A program made the position numbers and the translations under genes. From assembly GCA_964255285.1 (NCBI GenBank), contig CAXUUL010000102.1:1-32571 (forward strand): a stretch of DNA of 32,571 bases, written 5' to 3'. The notes under the pieces are model-generated. The model saw only the letters and a list, made by a program, of their open reading frames with translations. It was not told where the DNA came from and ran no database searches. Source of the DNA: Ionaspis alba (Eukaryota). Shown here piece by piece: positions 24,367 through 32,571 of this stretch (position 1 is the first letter of the stretch; each line of letters begins with the position of its first letter).

Positions 24367-25629
24367 TCAGCCAACCTCATAGTCACGATCCCCCTCAGCG
24401 TCCGCGTCTCCTTCGCCACCATCGTGCCGCTGATAATGATGGCCTTGACCTTGGCTTCCTGCTGTGTCCTGGCCTCGCTGGTTCACCTGGTACATCTGTT
24501 GTCCAGAGATTAGCTTGGATGCTTGGCAAGGGAAGAGGTGGATTTGGCATATTAAAATCCAGGAATTGAACTAACCTGTTGAGCAGCCATTGGGGGATAC
24601 CCATACATTTCCCCGAACATTTGCTGTCCTGGTTGACCATACGCATGCGTTGGGTCCGGTGGTACCTGTGGAGCGTACAGCGACGGTTGTTGTCTATATT
24701 CCTCCCCCGGCTGCAGTGAACTATGACCCATATAATCTGGAGGAGCCATGGGATGCTGTTGCGCAGCTTGCTGATGCGGAAGTTGCTGCTGCTGCTGGAC
24801 GTTGCCCTGCGGCGCCTGCACTTGGTTCGGCACTGCTTGCGCTGCGCCGCCACTGCCACCGCCCTGCCCACCCGATCGTTTGGCGTGGCTGGTCGCCTCT
24901 TCGCGGGGAACGATATCGATGAGGAAATCGAACATGTCGGACTTCGCTAATGCCGACGCGATGTCTGACCGCTGGAGAGTTCTCCGTTTGTTCTCTTCTG
25001 CGTGGATCCAGGCGCGCATCGTGAGCTCGGTGATGAAGATGTCGCATCCTTTGGCGAACAGAATCGGTGCTTCGGCGGATATCATCTTCACCTCCGGATC
25101 CGCTTTCATGACTTTTTTGATCCTGGCGAGGGGTAATTGGTGGATTTTGTAGTCGTGGGTGTCATTCTCGAGGTGGAGGATCATCTGCTGCCAGTATGTG
25201 CGGAGAATGTCGCTATAATTGCCATGCAGGCCCTGGTGTACCTTCTGTTGATTTAGTCCACACTGTTGAATGCAAACAGATACCCAAGCTACATACATTG
25301 AGCCAGGTTCCTTGGTATAGATCGGCGCTTGGTGCGTGGCCTTGCGCGGCAAGCTTTCATACCTGTCAGCGAGGTCATGTTCTTTCCTCAGATTGACTTG
25401 AGGACGTGTTCTTTGTATACGTACAGCAGCACTCGCGCCTGCAATTGAGATCTCCTATTAGCAATTTTCTACAATGGTAGTGTTCAGGGCGTAATGCAAT
25501 GAATTGAGTACCTGTTTGCCGATGACAGGTGGTGGGTGGGAACATACCGTAGTGTCCATTATTGGTTGGATCGTACGCCGGCTGCTGGCGCGTCTGTGAT
25601 TGCCCGGCGACCGGCGGATTGGATTCCAT
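24367..25629 (-). CDS. hapE: CCAAT-binding complex subunit NF-YC (HapE/Hap5); 5 exons including a 14-nt micro-exon
   Basis: Histone fold: [82 protein letters not shown]-terminus: MESNPP...GHYG|ASAA|LAAQG. The last exon ends DRDYEVG*. Confidence 0.95.
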
Positions 25630-26949
25630 GCTCCGCAATGTAAGCTTGCAATCGAGTTGTCGAAGGGTTTGCTGAGGAGTTTGACCCGAACGCGTCGGGA
25701 TGCCCAGACGGTTGTGGCAACACTTTCACTCGATTTCCGGATACTCAGCAAAGAGTGATGGGGTCGGTGGCCGAGGCGGTGTGAAAAGGCGTCGTCAGGG
25801 TTGTTGCTGTGGGAGTGGATGGCGGTGGAAGTGATGGTGGAATCGCAGATCAACAGGCGCGGCAGATAGATAGTGGAGCTGACAACTGGCAGTCGCTTGA
25901 TGCGACAAGTTCTGCTGTCGCGACCTAAGTATCACTGTCATAGTTAGTTTCAAGGCAGAGTTGAACCGCTGATGCAGCTGCTTGGTAGTGTAAGAAACTT
26001 GTTCTGGGACAAAAATGCGCACCTTGGGTGTTGATGGTAAATATTGGGCTCGCGGTGCCAGCGAATCAGCTCGATGGAGGCCGCGGAGGGGCGGCCTTTA
26101 AAAGAAGAATCTTGAGCGCATCAAAACAGGGAATTGAATAATCAAGTTGAAATGGATTGTGAAGGTAAGATTGAGCCTCCGGGATCGTCCAGCAAGAAGA
26201 CGTGTTAGGCAGGTCCTTATATATGTGAAGGTTCTCGCACAAAGCCTTGGGTTGTACATCAGGCAGGTCCAACGATGTTCTTCAAGTATCTACCATCCCA
26301 CGTCTATCTCGCTCTACTTTACTTTTGCACACGTTATTTGGCAAGGCGGGGCATTACAAGCGGCCAGGAAATGTCTTGATCCGTCCACGCATGTTGCTTC
26401 ACAACGTCAACAACAGGAATAGATACTTGATGAGGGAGTGCCCAGGGTATCGCATGAGTATGGCATGATCTAATCAGGCTGCCAGGTGTTGGGCTGGATT
26501 CCATTAGACTGCATCAGACAAGGCAAACAAGCGAGACAACTAATTTACTCGAGTCTCCCCAGATGAGAATGCTTGTAATATCAGATACAGCACAGTAACG
26601 GCATGAGATATCGAAGCCTCAGACGAGCAGAGCATCTTTTCACCGCCACCGAGTCCGATTCGTCGCTCTACAACTCAAGTACCTACATGAACTGCATGCG
26701 TGGGTACTTAGTGCAGGCGGGTTCACGTTAGCCCTGTCCCACTACTGCTAGCGGCGTGGGGAGAAAGTTTACAGACAATCCCAATCTTGTCATTTTCCAT
26801 TGTTCCGCTTTCTCTGTCTTCGTCGAATCATCAGGCACTTCCGAACCGCTGGTGTCCGCCTCATAGATACACGTCGCGCCTTGAAGCTGCTCACTCCTGT
26901 CATCCTAGCCAGACTCATCGACTGGAAGGCTCTGTTGTCTGCCTAAGCC

Positions 26950-27907
26950 ATGGCAAGTGACAACGAACTTAGCGACCAGCAAATCGAGCAACTCCTGCGC
27001 AATGCAGAAACACGTCTGTCAAGCGCTGGAGAGCAAGGCACTGTCAAGGCACAAGTTGCTTCAAACACGTTAGAACGACCTCTCGGTCCCAGGTATGGCT
27101 ACCACGACACGGAGTCCTTTCCGGAGTCCTTCATTGATATATCTTATACAGCATTCCGAAATTGGATATAAGCAATGTTGTTAAGCCTTATGTATCCATG
27201 GCGGGGGAGGTCAATCGTGCGAACCCATGTCGGCTTCTAGACAATAGGCTACGGCAACTGTCGGGCCAGATCCGTAAGGTGGAAGACCCTGTGGTGATAA
27301 AGCAGAAGAGCGCAAAGGTACGACTCACTGCAAGTTTGCTCTATGTTCTATCTGCCTATGAGGAAAATATTCCCATTTTCCATCTTGAAGTAGATTTCTC
27401 GGCCTCGTCTTGGGTGCCGCTCTACCACTCTGAGAGTATTACAATACATAGTTACTCTGAGGCACAGACCCTCTACTCAATACATGTTTCACCTCATGCC
27501 GATGTGCGGCTAACTCAGTTCATTAGGCCAAAAAGGCCACCGCTGGACCGGACTGGTTCGATCTGCCGAGGACCAATCTGACACCTGAATTAAAGCGTGA
27601 TCTGCAACTACTGAGAATGCGGTCTGTCCTAGATCCAAAAAGACACTACAAGAAGGAGAACGGGAAGGCAGCACCCCCAAGCTTTTCACAGGTGGGCACT
27701 GTTTTGGAAGGACCCACGGAGTTCTTTAGTGCGAGAATCCAGAAGAAGAACAGAAAACAAACATTCGTGGAGGAGGTCTTGGCCGGAGAAGCATTGACTG
27801 GTCGATTCCAGAGCAAATATGAAGACATACAGACAGTCAGGACAAGTGGGAAGAAGGCCCACTACAAAGCGCTTAAGTCGGAAAGATCACGGCGCTTGCA
27901 AAGATAA
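26950..27907 (+). CDS. FCF2: Pre-rRNA processing protein Fcf2; 3 exons (long intron 27318-27526)
   Basis: TAGPDWFDLPRTNLTPELKRDLQLLRMRSVLDPKRHYKK...SQVGTVLEGPTEFFSARI...TFVEEVL, the Fcf2 domain. Confidence 0.92.
27353..27464 (+). ncRNA. Intronic box C/D snoRNA, snR63/SNORD46(U46)-like, guide for LSU rRNA Am2256 (yeast numbering)
   Basis: Terminal stem TGCCT/AGGCA. Box C variant ATGAGGA at 27358-27364, box D CTGA at 27457-27460. The guide CATAGTTACT is complementary to LSU helix 69 AGUAACUAUG, and the D+5 rule hits the second A of UAAC. The internal hairpin has a GTCTTG loop. Confidence 0.88.
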
Positions 27908-27956
27908 GAGTCATGATTCTTGGTCATAGCCGATGATCAACCCAGAGACATCAACG

Positions 27957-29236
27957 TTATTCCTCGAGCGAATTTTGAATAAGGACGCACACCAGTTTCT
28001 GGAGCCGATCAGCACGCAGTAGAGCAAACAAGCGCACTAATCGTATTACCTGCATATCTTTAGCGGCAAGACGACCGGCCTCGAGAACCTCCTCGTGATC
28101 TGCTTTGCCTTTCCGGATGGTCTCGAGCAGTTCCTTCGTGCTTAAACCATCGAGGCTTGTGTCATCACCTTTTGGCCCACTCTCAAGAACAGCGTTGTTG
28201 GTCACGAGACTGATCGCTAGTATTCTGATCCCGCTATGCCGAGCTACAATGATCTCGGGTACAGTGGACATGCCAACAAGATCGGCGCCTAATGAATGCA
28301 ACAAGCGACACTCTGCTCGTGTCTCATAACTAGGTTCCGTCAGACCTGCGAAGTAGCAGTCTTCCTAGGTTGTTTTACCTCGGTCCTCCCACAAACGCAT
28401 ACACGCCTTCGTGAATTCGCCTTTGCGGATTTGTAAGGCTGAGCTGCTTCCACGCTTGATGTGCGCTCCTTCTTAAGGCGAGATCATATGCGTCAGAAAG
28501 TGCGGGGAATCGGACCCCGAAATCGTCCGCGTTGGGTCCACGCAGTGGATGTGTACCAGCAAGTCCAGCGAGATTAATATGCTATATGCCTTGTGAGCCA
28601 AGGCACCATAGGGAAGATTTCTTTGCACACATCGTTCAGGATGACCAAGTCGCCAACGGTATAGTTCGGGTTCAGCGCACCAGCAGCATTTGTGACTAAA
28701 CTTTTGCTGTCAATGGGAAAGACGAGCAGAGTTTTACGACACGAGTCACACAGTACCTATCAAGACATTCACTCCAAGCATCTTGAGAACCCGGATTGGA
28801 AATGTGATGTCGTGAATTGAATGACCTTCGTAGAAACTATGTGTTCACATGAGCTTGTGGTCAGCTAGACTTGCATGGCCATCGGGACTGACTGTGCTCT
28901 TCCCACCATCAGGGCCACTGGTTGCTTACTTTTCCCAAGAAGACCAAAAAGCAGCTTGCCTGCATGGCCATGTACTGCTACAGGTCAATCCAATGTCATC
29001 TCATCATCGAACGTTTCTGGGGCAAAGCAACCAGTAGTCGGAGCGAAGTGAGGAATGTCTCGGTAGGCTACCTCCACACGCAATTCATTGTCAATTGCAT
29101 CGGCCAGTCCACCCAACCCAGAGCCACATATGACTCCGATCCTGGGTTCTGCGAGAGCAATGGGTATAACGTTCCTCAAGTATTCGACACTCTCCAGCGC
29201 TTTTTGCATAAGCCCTGAAGTCTGACTTGTTTCCAT
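27957..29236 (-). CDS. PNP1: Purine nucleoside phosphorylase; 7 exons
   Basis: [12 protein letters not shown]...IPHF...[11 protein letters not shown]...GRAH|FYEGH...TNAAGALN...[20 protein letters not shown]...[10 protein letters not shown]...[20 protein letters not shown]...LVTN. Confidence 0.95.
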
Positions 29237-29568
29237 TGCCTATGAGCCTCCTGCGATTTTGATGGATTAATCTATGCAATCAAATCTTGCCGGTGCCTGT
29301 CCTCGGGCATCAGAACATAAACTACATGTAGTCCGTTTGAATGTTTGTGGTAGTGGAGGGCCTCACTAGGCAAGTCTAACCGAGCGTGCAAACAGAGCAA
29401 ACAACGCCAGCTAAGTAAAAGTAGATGAGGAACTCCATACTTGTGAAGCTCTGTCACAATATTACCCGGCAGTCGATCTCACGGAGCAGTCCGCAATTCA
29501 CAGCATTGCCGTTAGCTTCTCCTGTAAAGTCCTTCTTATTCAAAAGACTTTGCTTCGTCCTAAACGCC

Positions 29569-30579
29569 ATGTCACACCCTCTCTATGTTCGGTCACCTTT
29601 TTGTCTAGTGAAGCGATTACGACTTGGCCCTACGACGTCCATAATACCTAGAGTAGCCTCTCCGGCACCGACAAGCTCATCCTACCCAACACAGACTGCA
29701 AGCTTCAAGACTATAACACCACATAGATTGGCTGATGTACAAGCGGTGTCGACTGATCTGTAAGCCAGCACCCTGGCGCTGTCCATCTGTGGATGATATC
29801 GAGTGAGACGGACTCATTGTATCTTTAGACCCGAATTACCAACCCCTGCAACAGAAACAAGTCAAGATGAGTATGTGGCTCTCGAATCGCACTCCAATTG
29901 ACATGCTTGTTCTGACTCAATTGCAGGGCGCTGGAAGTCGACCAGGTAGACGTTGGAACCCATCCTAGACTCCCAAGGAGCGTTCAAGCAGTATACCTCA
30001 AGCCTCTGAAACGTCGAGCAAAATTCGGTGTACCCTCCTGCGACCTCCAATTGCGATCGTACAGCGTCCGAAATGTTGAATTCTTCGCCGATTTTGCGCT
30101 TCGCGCAGCATACTATCTCAACCTTCCAGCCGCTGGTCCCATACCATTGCCTAGGATCACAGAGAGATGGACAGTACCCCGTGGCCACTTCATACACAAG
30201 AAGAGCCAGGAGAACTTTGAGCGCATCACTCTCCGGCGATTGATCCAGATTCAAGATGGACATCCAGAAACTGTGGAGATTTGGCTAGCCTTTCTACGGA
30301 AACATGCCTACTATGGGATAGGCATGAAGGCAAATGTGTGGGAGCATGAAAGACTAGGTTCGTCTTCGCATAGGTCCTAGGTTGACGAATGTACTGATTC
30401 CCGTTCTAGGTGTTGGCAAGACAATGGACGTCAGCCTGGAGAATCTGAAGCAAACCCTCGAACCTAAGTGGGCTCATTTTGGGAGGAAGAAGAACTCGGA
30501 CACATCCGAGAAGGTCATGGAGATGATGAACAGTGCCCAATTTCGCCACGTTGACGATGGTCCACTAAGGAACATGTAG
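29569..30579 (+). CDS. RSM10: Mitochondrial ribosomal protein uS10m (Rsm10); 4 exons
   Basis: PRSVQAVYLKPL...CDLQLRSYSVRNVEFFADFALRAAYYLNLPAAGPIPLPRITERWTVPRGHFIHKKSQENFERITLRRLIQIQDG. The basic/hydroxylated N-terminus resembles a presequence. The start codon is inferred. Confidence 0.9.
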
Positions 30580-30917
30580 ATTTAGACGGTCAAGAAGACT
30601 GCGATGCTGTACGGGAAATCTATACGCATAGCGCTGGGTCATCTAATCCATCCAATATCATAATATACTGCTCGAAGCTCCATATTTCAGTGACTGTAGC
30701 AACGGAAAGTAGATGTCGCCTCCCTGACCTGAAGCTGTCAATATGTCCATAGAATCGAACAAAACATTTTCCCTATTCCATATCGTACATGGAGCTCAGT
30801 CCAGCTAAGTTTGGGGCCTCGTTGATGCAGGAACATTTGCGGTTGGGGAAGCGCAAGCGCGGAATGAGTACCGCGGCGTCATCAACATCCGTCCCTCTCA
30901 AAGCGTACGGTCCGGTA

Positions 30918-32292
30918 ATGTTTTCAACGCGACGGCATGGAGCTGCGAGATACATTATCCCGAAACTGTCAGCCAATAATTCCCGCCGTATTACCTGCAA
31001 GCAGTTCCTTCGACATGAATCCTCAAATGCTAGCCAAGTCATTTTCTCTGGTATTCAACCTACTGGCGTTCCTCACCTCGGCAACTACCTAGGTGCCCTG
31101 CAACATTGGGTGCATTTACAGAACAATGCTACACCTACCACCAGACTATTCTTCTCCATCGTAGATCTGCATGCCATTACCCTTCGTCAGAATAGGGAGG
31201 ACTTGCAGCGATGGAAGAGAGAGACATTAGCTACACTATTGGCCGTGGGGCTGGATCCCCAAAGAAGTACCATCTTCTTCCAGTCTGACGTATGCTTCTG
31301 CCACAGTCTCACTCTCTTATTGACACCACAATCTGAGATCCTAATTAATCCTTGTCTAGGTGCCTGCTCATAGTGAGATGATGTGGATTTTAAGCTGCAC
31401 AGCCTCTATGGGTTATCTCTCCAGAATGACACAATGGAAGGTACTGCTTCCATCTTAATTCTCGGTGTCCTTCTCTCTTTTCCCGGATGAGGCTGATCAT
31501 GATCAGAGTAAATTGGCTCTTCAGGATGACATATCTCCTCTGGATCCCAGTGCCAGAGCCACGCTAAAACTCGGTCTATTCTCTTATCCAGTTTTGCAAG
31601 CGGCAGACATCCTCGTTCACAAGTATATCAGACGGAATTATGTTTTGTTCCATTGACTTAAGGTTCTTAGGGCAACACACGTTCCTGTCGGAGATGACCA
31701 GTCTCAGCACCTTGAATTCGCCCGTGAGTGCGCAAGCAATTTCAATAGTATATATGGCGATACACTTGTTTCTCCAAGCACTATATTATGTAGGTACTAT
31801 CCCTTCGGGTACGTGTCACAGACGGCTGATCATCCTCCAGCACCAGCAAAACGGGTAATGTCACTCAAAGAGCCCTTACGTAAGATGTCGAAGTCCCACG
31901 ACGACCCTCGTTCGAGGATTCTACTTACCGACCAGCCCGAGGAGATCAATCGCAAGATCAAGCATGCCCTTACTGACTCGAGGTCTGATGTATCCTACGA
32001 TCCTGTTGGTCGCCCTGGAGTCTCAAATCTGCTGGACATATGGAGTCATCTAGATGAGTACAAAAGGTCCCCTGAAAACCTTGCCAGTGACCTAGGCAAC
32101 GCTAGTATGAGAGTGTTCAAAGAAAGAGTCGCAGCAGCTGTGATAGATGGTTTGGCGGGCATAAGACAAATGTATTCAGAGCTTGTGGAAAATGAAGGGG
32201 CTTTGACGGGGATCGCTGAACGTGGAGCGATAGAAGCGAGGAAAAGTGCAGATCTGACTTTAGGTACCATCAAAGATAGAATTGGATTATAA
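30918..32292 (+). CDS. MSW1: Mitochondrial tryptophanyl-tRNA synthetase; 5 exons
   Basis: IFSGIQPTGVPHLGNYLGAL, IVDLHAIT, FFQSD|VPAHSE, LGLFSYPVLQAADILVH, VPVGDDQSQHLEF, RVMSLKEPLRKMSKS. MFSTRRHG... resembles a presequence. The start is uncertain because in-frame ATGs also occur at 30789, 30825 and 30864. Confidence 0.93.
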
Positions 32293-32571
32293 TAGCATCA
32301 AATATCCATAAACTGAGCTTGTCTGCCTTTTGATAAACATTCAGAGAGTATTGCTATAAACAGAGTATGTAGCCGAGGTACGAACGCTAGTCCACATCTT
32401 TCGCAAACCTGGTTTAATCCAATACCCGCCTTGTAAGTTTCGTTCTTGTGGACATCGACCGTGGGCTTCTCGTGTGACATGCAACGCCTCCTCAATTCCT
32501 TGGGTTGCAAGAAACTCGACTTACTTCCAAGGATATCCCCACTGTCCAATAGCATCCTGCAGGTACGGCAC

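Noticed and set aside
26042..26050. CCAAT box upstream of hapE suggesting autoregulation
   Set aside because: A single 5-mer is expected by chance in a 1.3-kb intergenic region.
27412..27447. GGGTGC...CTGAGA in the FCF2 intron resembling the 5' half of a TPP riboswitch
   Set aside because: The 3' half (AACYUGAU...GAUAAU...AGCG..GG) is absent, the host gene is unrelated to thiamine, and the box C/D snoRNA explains the region better.

Overview
Gene-dense, intron-rich nuclear DNA from a filamentous ascomycete (Pezizomycotina-type GT-AG introns with CTRAY branch points). It holds about 17 housekeeping genes: FLX1-like carrier, HSH49/SF3B4, DUF2015, RPL28 (eL28), MDH, TRS33, SIZ1/MIZ SUMO ligase, DUF2423, GPI7, RMP1, Mei2-like RRM, SEC15, HapE/NF-YC, FCF2, PNP1, RSM10 and MSW1. 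There are two 100-N scaffold gaps with duplicated flanks. I found no mobile elements, tRNAs or secondary-metabolite genes. The most interesting signals are at the RNA level. (1) A cryptic, highly structured intron starts inside the last codon of MDH and ends in a TAGGTAG tandem acceptor. Splice choice would switch the C-terminus from -PPPK (cytosolic) to -PPPKL (PTS1, peroxisomal). (2) A box C/D snoRNA (snR63/SNORD46 type, guiding LSU rRNA Am2256) lies in the long FCF2 intron. (3) Unusually long introns fold into nested hairpins. (4) The Mei2 RRM3 domain is split into micro-exons. All gene models and protein identities were assigned by eye from recognised motifs, without database searches.
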